This document shows positions 18,613 through 26,744 of a stretch of DNA of 64,000 nt, piece after piece (position 1 is the stretch's first letter; every line of letters starts with the position of its first letter). Position numbers and translations under genes: made by a program. Origin of the DNA: Polyangiales bacterium (GTDB taxonomy: Bacteria > Myxococcota_A > Polyangia > Polyangiales > Polyangiaceae); NCBI GenBank assembly GCA_038231275.1, contig JBBRLQ010000004.1, positions 1 to 64,000 of the forward strand, given 5' to 3'. Below the pieces are notes generated by a model that was not told where the DNA came from, searched no databases, and worked only from the letters and a program-made list of their open reading frames with translations.

Positions 18613-18618
18613 GGTCGC

Positions 18619-21303
18619 GTGGAGAACTCGCCTGGAGCTGCCCTCCGGCATTCGTCCACCGTGCGCCCGCTCATGGAGCTGGGCCGGGGAGGAATGGGCG
18701 TCGTCTACCTCGCGGTCGCGCAGGGAGACGCCGGCTTCTCGAAGCTGAGCGTCGTGAAGCGTCTCCGGACGGAGCTGGCGAACGACCCGCGCGCGGTGTC
18801 GATGTTCCTCGAGGAGGCGCGCCTCGCGATGCGCCTCCACCACCCCAACGTGGTCCTTACCCACGAGGTGGGTCTCGAGGGAAAGAGCCCGTTCCTCGAG
18901 ATGGAGTACCTCGAGGGGCAGTCGCTGGACGCCGCGCGTCGCAAGTCGAGCACGACGCCGAACGCGCTCCCGCTCGACGTCTCGGTCTGGATCCTCGGAC
19001 AGGTCCTCGGCGGCCTCGAGTACGCCCACGAGCTCACCGATCCGGGCGGCAAGGAGCTCCACCTCGTTCACCGCGACGTGTCCCCGCACAACGTGATGCT
19101 GACTTACGACGGCGCGGTGAAGCTCCTCGATTTCGGGATCGCCAAGGCGGTCGACTCGACGCTCGAGACGCAGTCTGGCGTCGTCAAGGGCAAGGTGACG
19201 TACATGGCGCCCGAGCAAGCGCGGCGCGGCGAGGTGAACCGGCGGGCCGATCTCTTCGCGGTCGGCGTCATGTTGTGCGAGGCGATCACCGGAGCGCGGT
19301 TCTGGGGAGATCAGAACGAGTTCGAGATTTTCTTGCACCTCCGCGAGCTGGATCTCCCGGTGCTCCCGAAAGAGCCGCCCGCTCTGGCCGCGATCTGCGC
19401 GCGCGCGCTGGCGCCGTCGCCGGAGGACCGCTACCCGACCGCCGCCGCGATGCGCGCGGACATCGACGGGTACCTCGACGAGCGACGCGCGACCCTCGGG
19501 CCGCGCGCGCTGGCGAAGCTCATGACCGAGCTCTTCGCGGACGAGCGCAAGGCCGCGCGCGACGAGATCGAAGCGCGCCTCGCGCGTGACGAGACGCTGC
19601 GCCTCTCCGATCCGCCGGCACTGCGCGAGGGGCCCGGCGACGGCGATCGCGCGGGGGCCGGGACCACCAAGCTGCGCCAGCGCTCGGAGATCCGCGGGCT
19701 GCGACGGATCGCGTGGGTGGCCATCGTCCTCGCGGCCGTGGCGAGCGTGGCCGCGACGCTCGTCACGTGGCGCGCCCGCACGCGCGCGGCGGCGGCCAAG
19801 CACGAACCGGTCGCAAAGGCACCACGGTGCACGTCGAACCGCGCGTGCGCGCTGGCGTCCGGGCGGCCTTCGGTGTGCCGAGCCGCGGATGGCACCTGCG
19901 TCGCCCTGGAGACCACCGAGTGCAAGCTCCTCGCGGAGCCGGGAGACACCGATCGCGACGACGCGCTGGTCGTGGGCGCGATGTTCCAGCTGAGCGGAGC
20001 GCTCGCCGAGCCAATCGGGCAGCCCAGCATGCGCGCGGTCGACCTCGCGCGCCGCGACTTCGTCCAAGTCGCCCGAGGCCTGCCCTCGAAAGGGGGCGAC
20101 GCCCCTCCTCGGCCGCTCGTGATCGTCTGCTGCGACGACGCCGTGGACTCCGCGAAGGTCGCGCGTCACCTGGTCGAGGAGCTGAGGGTCCCGGCGGTGA
20201 TCGGCTTTGGGAGCAGTCACGAGCTCATCGGCTTGGCGAGCTCGCTCTTCGTTCCGCAGCGCGTTCTCGCGGTGCCCGCCGAGAATTCCAGTGCGCTCAT
20301 CACGGCGATCTCCGCGCCGCCCGGAGAACCGCGCCTCGTCTTCCGCACGTCGCTGAGCAGCGCGGCGGTCGTCGAGCCGATCAGCGCCCTCGTCGCCAAC
20401 GTGCTGGAGCCGGCGCGGCGCGCGGAGCTGGGACGCTCGACGCGCCCCCTTCGCGTGGCGATGCTGCGGCGAAAGTCCGCGTCGGGGCTCGCGGTCGGAG
20501 ACGCGCTCTTCGCGGCGCTACGCTTCAACGGAAAGACCGCCCTCGACAACCAGGTTGGCGCGGCGTTCCGCGAGCTCTCGGTTGCGGAGCCGAACGACGC
20601 GAACGCCGCAGACTCGTACGGCACGGCTGCGCGGGAGCTGCTCGGCTTCACGCCGGACATCGTCCTCTACGCAGGAGGAGACGAGCTGACCGAGACGTTC
20701 TTCCAGCCGCTCGAGAAGGGCTGGCCGCGCGGCGCCGCTCGACCGACCTACGTGGCCCTCAATGGCCTCACCGGAGTCAGCAAGGAGGCCGCGTTCTTCA
20801 CGTGGCTCGGTCGCGACGCCGAGCTCCGCCACCGCTTCATCGGCATCGCCGCGCCGGCAAACACCGCCACGAACGCGCGCTTCACGACACGCTACAACCA
20901 GGCCTATCCCGAGGCCGTCACGACGACCAACCTGTCTCCCGCCGCGCCGTACGACGCGTTTTATCTCGTCGCCTACGCCGCGTTCGTGGCCGGCGATGGC
21001 CCGGTGCGCGGCACCGATCTGGCGCGCTCCATCGCCTCGCTGCTGTCGCCGGGCAAGCGTATCGAGGTCGGCCCCACGGCGATCCTCGACGCGGTCGCGA
21101 CGCTGCGCGCGGGAGGCCACGTCGATCTCAACGGCGCCGGCGGGCCGCTCGACTTCGACCTCGCGACCGGCGAATCGCCGGCCGATTTCGTCTTCGTGTG
21201 CCCGGGTCGCGATGCCAAGGGCAACGCCGACGCGGAGGTGGAGTCGGGCCTCAGCTTCGCGTCCGCCGACCACGCGCTGCGCGGAACGATGCGCTGTCCG
21301 TGA
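18619..21303 (+). CDS. Receptor-type Ser/Thr kinase with TM, Cys knot and periplasmic-binding-protein (LIV-type) domain
   Basis: GRGGMG, HRDVSPHN, DFG, APE; TM IAWVAIVLAAVASVAATLVTW; CTSNRAC..C..C..C; RPLVIVCCDD, PAVIG, YDA.YLVAYA, GAGGPLDFD. Confidence 0.9.
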   Translation: MENSPGAALRHSSTVRPLMELGRGGMGVVYLAVAQGDAGFSKLSVVKRLRTELANDPRAVSMFLEEARLAMRLHHPNVVLTHEVGLEGKSPFLEMEYLEGQSLDAARRKSSTTPNALPLDVSVWILGQVLGGLEYAHELTDPGGKELHLVHRDVSPHNVMLTYDGAVKLLDFGIAKAVDSTLETQSGVVKGKVTYMAPEQARRGEVNRRADLFAVGVMLCEAITGARFWGDQNEFEIFLHLRELDLPVLPKEPPALAAICARALAPSPEDRYPTAAAMRADIDGYLDERRATLGPRALAKLMTELFADERKAARDEIEARLARDETLRLSDPPALREGPGDGDRAGAGTTKLRQRSEIRGLRRIAWVAIVLAAVASVAATLVTWRARTRAAAAKHEPVAKAPRCTSNRACALASGRPSVCRAADGTCVALETTECKLLAEPGDTDRDDALVVGAMFQLSGALAEPIGQPSMRAVDLARRDFVQVARGLPSKGGDAPPRPLVIVCCDDAVDSAKVARHLVEELRVPAVIGFGSSHELIGLASSLFVPQRVLAVPAENSSALITAISAPPGEPRLVFRTSLSSAAVVEPISALVANVLEPARRAELGRSTRPLRVAMLRRKSASGLAVGDALFAALRFNGKTALDNQVGAAFRELSVAEPNDANAADSYGTAARELLGFTPDIVLYAGGDELTETFFQPLEKGWPRGAARPTYVALNGLTGVSKEAAFFTWLGRDAELRHRFIGIAAPANTATNARFTTRYNQAYPEAVTTTNLSPAAPYDAFYLVAYAAFVAGDGPVRGTDLARSIASLLSPGKRIEVGPTAILDAVATLRAGGHVDLNGAGGPLDFDLATGESPADFVFVCPGRDAKGNADAEVESGLSFASADHALRGTMRCP

Positions 21304-21310
21304 CGAGCGC

Positions 21311-22327
21311 TCAGGAACCGAGGGCCAGCGCCACCGCGAGCGCGACGAGCCCGCCGGCGACCGCGAGGCCCACGATCAGCCAGGCGGGCGTGCGCGCCTT
21401 CACCTCCAGCTCGACACGCGCCGGCTCGACACGCGCCGGCAACGGGGGACGTGGTCCCTCGGGGACCAGCTCCCCCGCGCGCTCCACCGCCGCCCGCATC
21501 TCCTCCGCCGTCGCGAAGCGCCCGTAGGGATCCGAGCACATGGCCTTCGTCACCAGATCGCGGATCGGGCGCGGGATCTCGTCAGGCAGCTCCGCGAGCG
21601 GGCGCCCCATGACGAACGCGGCGAGCGCGTCGTGGTCACGGAACGGCGCGCGTCCAGCGAGGGCGCGGTAGAGGATCGCCCCCGCGGCGAAGACGTCTGC
21701 GCGGCGATCGACCTCTTGCCCCATCGCCTGCTCGGGCGCCATGAATTGCGGGGTGCCTTTGGCGATGCCACTTCGTGTCGGGACGCCGGCGCGATCGCGC
21801 GCCTTCGCGAGGCCCAGATCGATCAGCCTGGCCACGCCGTCCTTCCCCACGAGGACGTTCATAGGGGTGACGTCGCGGTGCACTACGTCGAGGAGCGCGC
21901 CGTGGTCGCCGCGAAGCTCGTGGACCGCATGAAGCCCCGCGCACACGTCCGCGACGACGCGGAGCGCGAGGTCCCGTGGCAAGAGCTCGCCGCGCTCTTC
22001 GGCGTCCCAGCAGAGGCTCTCGAGCGACGGCCCGTCGACCCACGCGAAGGCGATGAACATGGTCCCGTCCTCTTCGCCGACGTCGAGGACGCGCGCGACG
22101 TTCGGGTGCGAGAGGCGCGAGGAGATGCGCGCCTCCTCGAGGAACATCGCCCGAAACGCCGCGTCGCCTGCGAGCTCCGCGCGGATCGTCTTGACCGCGA
22201 CCTCGAGGCGAGCGCCGTCAGGGCCGACGCGCTCGCCTTGCCAGACGATCCCCATGCCGCCCGTCGCGACGTGGCGGAGGAGCGTGTCGCGCCCCATGCG
22301 GGCACCCGGCGAGAGCTCCTTCGACAC
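21311..22327 (-). CDS. Short Ser/Thr kinase with C-terminal membrane anchor
   Basis: TGGMG, VAVK, HRDVTPMN, DLG, APE; hydrophobic C-terminal helix. Confidence 0.9.
   Translation of the reverse strand: MSKELSPGARMGRDTLLRHVATGGMGIVWQGERVGPDGARLEVAVKTIRAELAGDAAFRAMFLEEARISSRLSHPNVARVLDVGEEDGTMFIAFAWVDGPSLESLCWDAEERGELLPRDLALRVVADVCAGLHAVHELRGDHGALLDVVHRDVTPMNVLVGKDGVARLIDLGLAKARDRAGVPTRSGIAKGTPQFMAPEQAMGQEVDRRADVFAAGAILYRALAGRAPFRDHDALAAFVMGRPLAELPDEIPRPIRDLVTKAMCSDPYGRFATAEEMRAAVERAGELVPEGPRPPLPARVEPARVELEVKARTPAWLIVGLAVAGGLVALAVALALGS
21409..21438. repeat. Perfect 15-bp tandem duplication (in-frame, PARVE x2)
   Basis: gctcgacacgcgccg repeated twice inside the kinase linker. Confidence 0.85.
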
Positions 22328-22351
22328 GAGGCGCAGCGCCCCTACACCTTC

Positions 22352-23086
22352 TCAGTTCGGCCAGTTGACCGGGTCGTGCGATTGCGCGACCTGCGCGTGG
22401 TAGCCGCTGGTGACCAGCGCTCCGCCGGTGCCCTGCTGGAGGACGTAGACGCAGTTGAGCTTCTTCGACTCGACGTGGCCGTTCTGCGACCAGTTCTGCG
22501 TGTCCGTATTCCGATCGTCGACCTCGTCGACGTTCGGCGTGCCGTTGTAAAAAAATTGCTGGTCGCCGACGATGTAGTGGGAAAAATCCTTGTACGACGA
22601 GTCGAGCGTCAGGGTGTAGACGAGAAACTCGTGGGAGACGATCCCGCTGACGTTCTGCAGGAGCGCGTGCTCGTAGTTGTAGACGTCGGGCTCGTACAGG
22701 CACGGACCACGCGGGTCGCAGTTCAGACCCGGGCCACCCCACGTCGGGGATCCCGACGGCTGATTGCTGATCCAGGGGGTCGGGAACGGAACCGAGTAGC
22801 CGTCGGTCATGCCGTACGGCGAGCCGTTCCCGTCGGGGAGGCGGAGCACGAAGCGGGCGGGCGCGTCGAACCAACCATTGGTCAAGGAATCGAGCCTGCA
22901 AGCGGCGAAATTCCTCCAATCCGGCCCTTGAACGCTCTGCCCGACGACCACGCTCGCGGGCGACAACGACGTCGAGACCTGCAAGCTCGGCGACGCCTCT
23001 TCGCGCGAGGCACCCGGATCTGCCGAGCACGCCGACAGGATCGCCACGACCGGGAGGGCCAGGAGCCCCATTCGTACTTTGCTCAT
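22352..23086 (-). CDS. Hypothetical lipoprotein (244 aa)
   Basis: AAGGAG SD 8 nt upstream; lipobox ILSAC; four further Cys; aromatic/Asn-rich. Confidence 0.8.
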   Translation of the reverse strand: MSKVRMGLLALPVVAILSACSADPGASREEASPSLQVSTSLSPASVVVGQSVQGPDWRNFAACRLDSLTNGWFDAPARFVLRLPDGNGSPYGMTDGYSVPFPTPWISNQPSGSPTWGGPGLNCDPRGPCLYEPDVYNYEHALLQNVSGIVSHEFLVYTLTLDSSYKDFSHYIVGDQQFFYNGTPNVDEVDDRNTDTQNWSQNGHVESKKLNCVYVLQQGTGGALVTSGYHAQVAQSHDPVNWPN

Positions 23087-23158
23087 CGATCGTTCTCCTT
23101 CTTGCCGGCAGCCCACGCCGCACCGCATTCGAGCAACATAGCTCAGCGCGTTCGGTCG

Positions 23159-23190
23159 TTCATTGAACAATCGATGAACGTTTCGTGAGC
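23159..23190 (-). promoter_or_regulatory. Triple 11-bp-period direct repeat operator, copy 1
   Basis: Minus strand GCTCA-cgaaac-GTTCA-tcgatt-GTTCA-atgaa; near-identical to 30096-30127. Confidence 0.75.
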
Positions 23191-23199
23191 GCCGCGGGC

Positions 23200-24810
23200 T
23201 CAGGGTGGTCGCTTCGCTTTCCAGGCGAATGTGCCGAAGAGCCTGTCGAATTGGACCTCGTAGCACGGTGCGTTGGCGCTCGGGGGTGCCACGCGCGCCT
23301 CGTAAATGGCCGATGCCGAGGAAACCCGCGCCGGACGCGATAGCCCGATGTCGACGGTACGCGGAGCCTCCAAGGTCGCCTCTCGGCCCAGCGCCGCGAG
23401 CCATCCATTGCCAAACCCGCTCGCGGCCGCAACGACGCGCGCCGTCGTGTCCGCGTGGGCGTACGACGGGTCGATCGCGAGCCGGTAGACCGCCGGCGAC
23501 GTCGGGCACACCGCCGCTCTTCCCGGCGCGAGCTGCGCGGTCGCGTCGACGAACCGATCGGCGGGGGCCGCGGCGCCACTCGCAAACGGATCGAGGGCGA
23601 GCAGCGATTGGATCGTCGGCCTGTGAAGCGACGTGCGTTTGCCCGGCCGTGAGGCCTCGTTGCCGACGAGCGCCGCGAGATCGGCCTTGAGCTGCCACAC
23701 CGAATGAGCTCGAAAGCCATCCGCGCCGAGAAATACGGTACCTACGCGCTCCGCCTCCGTGGTCCAGGCGAAATAGGCGCGCTCGTAGACCCAGATCTGG
23801 TCGTCGTCGCCGGGACCGCGCGGATCTCCGCCCGGCCCGACCTGTGAAGCGGCGGTCGCGGGCAGCCTTGCCGTGTCGCGCGGCGCGGCGAGGGCACCGG
23901 TGGCGATGGCGTCGAGCACTCCGGCGACACCGACCGCGTAGGCATTTCCCGTCGCGAGGAGCCTGCGCGCAAGGTCCTCGCGCGTCGCCACGCGGCCGCC
24001 GTTGGGTGTCTCCGACCGATTCGCCGGGACGACGATCGCCGCCGCGGCCCCTACCGCGCCGTTGTCGAGGACCGTCGCGGAGCTCCGCTTGGCTCGATCT
24101 TCCGGCGGCTCGTACACGATCGCGACGGGGACGGCCTCCACCTCGAACGCGCCCGCGCCCGCCCACAGGTGAACGTGCTCGAACTCCTGGAGGTGCTGCC
24201 GGCGCGTGCAGCCCGGATCGGCGGGCGGGCACGCGCAGAACGCGTTCTCCTTCGGGCAGTGGACGGGATCCGCGAAGCCCGTGGACGGCCTCCCGTCGTT
24301 GGGGAGGCGCGGGCCGTTCGCGACTTTTTCGCCGCACTGGACGGCGAACGTGAACCGGCCGGACGCCTCTCCGATATCGAACGCCACGAACTCCTGCCCC
24401 GCCGCCGCCTGCCGCGGATTGACGAGCGCCCCCGTACCCGTCTGCGCCGACGCGCCGAACGACAAGCTCGCGGCGACCGCTCGACCTGCGCGGTGGGCCA
24501 CGTCGAAGCGCATCGTCACGTGCTTCGCGAAGGCGCCGACCGCGTAGTGCGTTACGTGCTGCGTCGTCTTGAAGCCGCCCCCCGCGATCTCACGGGTCGT
24601 CTTCGGGAAGGGCCCCATCGTGAAGACGCCGCTCTCGCAGTCGAGCGTGCCCACCGTGACGACGGCGTTCTCCGCCGGCGCGGGGCCCAGCGCGGACTCT
24701 CTCTCTTTGATGCGCTGATACGCCGACGCAGGCGTGGCGCCGGCATGCGCGGCGCCGGCGACCCCCAACACGAGGGTCGCGAGCGCCATGGTCGCACCCG
24801 CGAGCCTCAT
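23200..24810 (-). CDS. Secreted hypothetical protein (536 aa)
   Basis: Signal peptide MRLAGATMALATLVLGVAGAAHA; Cys cluster; 11 nt after upstream stop; ATG 24810. Confidence 0.75.
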   Translation of the reverse strand: MRLAGATMALATLVLGVAGAAHAGATPASAYQRIKERESALGPAPAENAVVTVGTLDCESGVFTMGPFPKTTREIAGGGFKTTQHVTHYAVGAFAKHVTMRFDVAHRAGRAVAASLSFGASAQTGTGALVNPRQAAAGQEFVAFDIGEASGRFTFAVQCGEKVANGPRLPNDGRPSTGFADPVHCPKENAFCACPPADPGCTRRQHLQEFEHVHLWAGAGAFEVEAVPVAIVYEPPEDRAKRSSATVLDNGAVGAAAAIVVPANRSETPNGGRVATREDLARRLLATGNAYAVGVAGVLDAIATGALAAPRDTARLPATAASQVGPGGDPRGPGDDDQIWVYERAYFAWTTEAERVGTVFLGADGFRAHSVWQLKADLAALVGNEASRPGKRTSLHRPTIQSLLALDPFASGAAAPADRFVDATAQLAPGRAAVCPTSPAVYRLAIDPSYAHADTTARVVAAASGFGNGWLAALGREATLEAPRTVDIGLSRPARVSSASAIYEARVAPPSANAPCYEVQFDRLFGTFAWKAKRPP

Positions 24811-24821
24811 GGCCGCAGCCG

Positions 24822-26735
24822 TCACTTCCCCGCGGTGAGCGCGCCGTCGATGCGCGCGAGGAGATCGACGTTGCCGCTCGCCTTGGGCGTTCGCTCGCGG
24901 ATCGCGCGGAGCATGCGCTGTCCGCGCTCGCCGGAGTCCGGCCTCCGCTCGATGAGGTCCACGAGCTTGGTGTCCGCGCGAAGCGACGTCTCGCCGGCCT
25001 CGACCGCGCGCGCGAGGGTCTCCCACTGCTCGTCGGTGAGCGACTGTTCGCGCAGGCCGAGGAACGCCGCGCGGCCGACCTCCGGGGACGCGTCCCTGGC
25101 GAGGACGAGGAGCGGCCCCGACGCGCGCGGATCGTCGAAGCGCCGGAGCGAGCGCGCGACCTCGTCCCTCACACCGGAGTTCGTGTCCGTGTAGCGCGCC
25201 GCGATGGCCGGGAGCGCGTCGTTCGTTCGCGCGTTGCCGAGCGCGCGCACCAGCGCGATCGCCCAGTCTTTCGTAGGCGCGGCGGCGAGGTCCGCGCACA
25301 GGCGCTTGTCGAGCTCCTCGCTCAGCGCCGGGCTGCCTTCCATGTGCTCGACGATCGCGCCGAGCGTGACCGCCGCCGCGTAGCCCACCGCGTTGTCTCC
25401 TGACGCGAACGCGCGGGTGTAGACGTCGGCGACGAAGCGCGCAGACTCCGGCGTCGGGTGCGGCACGAAGATGAAGCGCTGGATCATCGCGGCCCGCAGC
25501 GGCGAGCTCAGCGTCACCGCCTTCGACGTGAGGGCACGTCGCATCGCATCTTGCGCTTGCTCCGTTCCTGTCGCGGAGAGGACGTCGAGCGTCAGCTGCT
25601 TGCCGAAGTCACTGACGCGCGGCTCCTCGAACCACGAGACGAGGTTCGCGAGCGACTCCGGGTGAAGCCGCATGAACGCCGAGGCGCGCGCGACGAACGA
25701 CGGGTCCACCTTCTTGCCGTTGCCGTAGAGGAGCAGCTCCACCTCGATGGTCCCGAGATCCCATCCCTCGGAGAGACGCTGGTCGCGACCGCGCTCCCGC
25801 TCGCGCGCGAGCTCCTCGGAGATCGCGCCGGTGTCGAGGTCGCTCGTCCGCACCGCTGCGACGTCGAACGTGCTCTGGCTCGCCACGGCCGCCTTGAACG
25901 TCCAGAGCGACGTGAACGATACGTCGTCGTGCTGCGCGCGCAGCTCCTCGCGATCGTCGATGAGGCGCACGAACCCCTTCGGATCCAGCTCGATCGACGC
26001 CTTCGAGCCGAGCCGCTGATCGGCCTCCCCCTGCCCGACGAGCGAAGCGAGGCCTTCGTACGAGATGCGCACGCGGTGGAGCACGTGCCCTTCGTCGTCG
26101 TACCGCACGTGCGCGAGGCCGTTGCTCGTCGGCTCCTTCGCCATCCACGTGCTCCCCTTCTCCTCCGCCGGCAACGTCACGCGCATCATGTTCGTGAGCT
26201 GCGAGAGCAGCTCGCGCGTCGAGGCCGGCGTGTCGTGGTGGTAGGAGACGCCGTGCACGACGCCGAGGGCATCGACGCGCACGATCGCCTCCTGACCGGC
26301 CAGCGCCGCCGCGGCGAGTTGGCGATCGCTCTCGCTGATCAAGTCCTGCGCGCCGAGGCGGAGCGAGTACCCGCGAATTTGCTCGAGCGTATACACGAGC
26401 GACGTCACGCCCTCCGCGTCGGCTCCGAGCGAGCGCACCGAGACGTCGCCCTCGAAGATCGCGCCGCCCGCGACGTCCCCGTTCCCGCCGCCTTCGCCGG
26501 CGCCGAGCAGCGTCCGGCGCGACGCCGAGTCCCATTTCACCGTGTAGACGAGCTTGCTGCCCGCCGGCCACGTGAAGAGGTGATGGCGCGCGACGGCCTC
26601 CGCGCGTGGCGGAGCGGCGCCGCGCGTGGCGACGAGCGTGGTGGCCCCTGCGAGCGCGCCGACCAGCACGAGCGCGCGAAGGGGTTGCGCGGCGACGAAG
26701 CGACCAATACGGCGGAGACCGGCGTGCGTGATCAT
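24822..26735 (-). CDS. Exported vitellogenin-N/large-lipid-transfer-like + HEAT-repeat protein
   Basis: N-terminal hydrophobic anchor; beta-rich region starting FTWPAGSKLVYTVKW; helical repeats with LSATGTEQAQ, VRALGNA, VRDEVARSLR; AGGAGA SD. Confidence 0.7.
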   Translation of the reverse strand: MITHAGLRRIGRFVAAQPLRALVLVGALAGATTLVATRGAAPPRAEAVARHHLFTWPAGSKLVYTVKWDSASRRTLLGAGEGGGNGDVAGGAIFEGDVSVRSLGADAEGVTSLVYTLEQIRGYSLRLGAQDLISESDRQLAAAALAGQEAIVRVDALGVVHGVSYHHDTPASTRELLSQLTNMMRVTLPAEEKGSTWMAKEPTSNGLAHVRYDDEGHVLHRVRISYEGLASLVGQGEADQRLGSKASIELDPKGFVRLIDDREELRAQHDDVSFTSLWTFKAAVASQSTFDVAAVRTSDLDTGAISEELARERERGRDQRLSEGWDLGTIEVELLLYGNGKKVDPSFVARASAFMRLHPESLANLVSWFEEPRVSDFGKQLTLDVLSATGTEQAQDAMRRALTSKAVTLSSPLRAAMIQRFIFVPHPTPESARFVADVYTRAFASGDNAVGYAAAVTLGAIVEHMEGSPALSEELDKRLCADLAAAPTKDWAIALVRALGNARTNDALPAIAARYTDTNSGVRDEVARSLRRFDDPRASGPLLVLARDASPEVGRAAFLGLREQSLTDEQWETLARAVEAGETSLRADTKLVDLIERRPDSGERGQRMLRAIRERTPKASGNVDLLARIDGALTAGK

Positions 26736-26744
26736 GGGTGTCTC

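Noticed and set aside
18595-20220. N-terminal 540 aa of the 1141-aa ORF 16795..20220
   Set aside because: Antisense shadow of the kinase gene; the regulator clearly begins at MRYVFGDFELD (18594)
23159-23190. Repeat motif as a CRISPR repeat or transposon end
   Set aside because: Only two copies 7 kb apart in direct orientation, no spacers, cas genes or transposase; position fits an operator
23087-24337. Extended 661-aa version of the lipoprotein ORF, and the 699-aa version of 23200..25299
   Set aside because: Extensions overlap neighbouring genes in other frames; internal SD and signal peptides define the shorter starts
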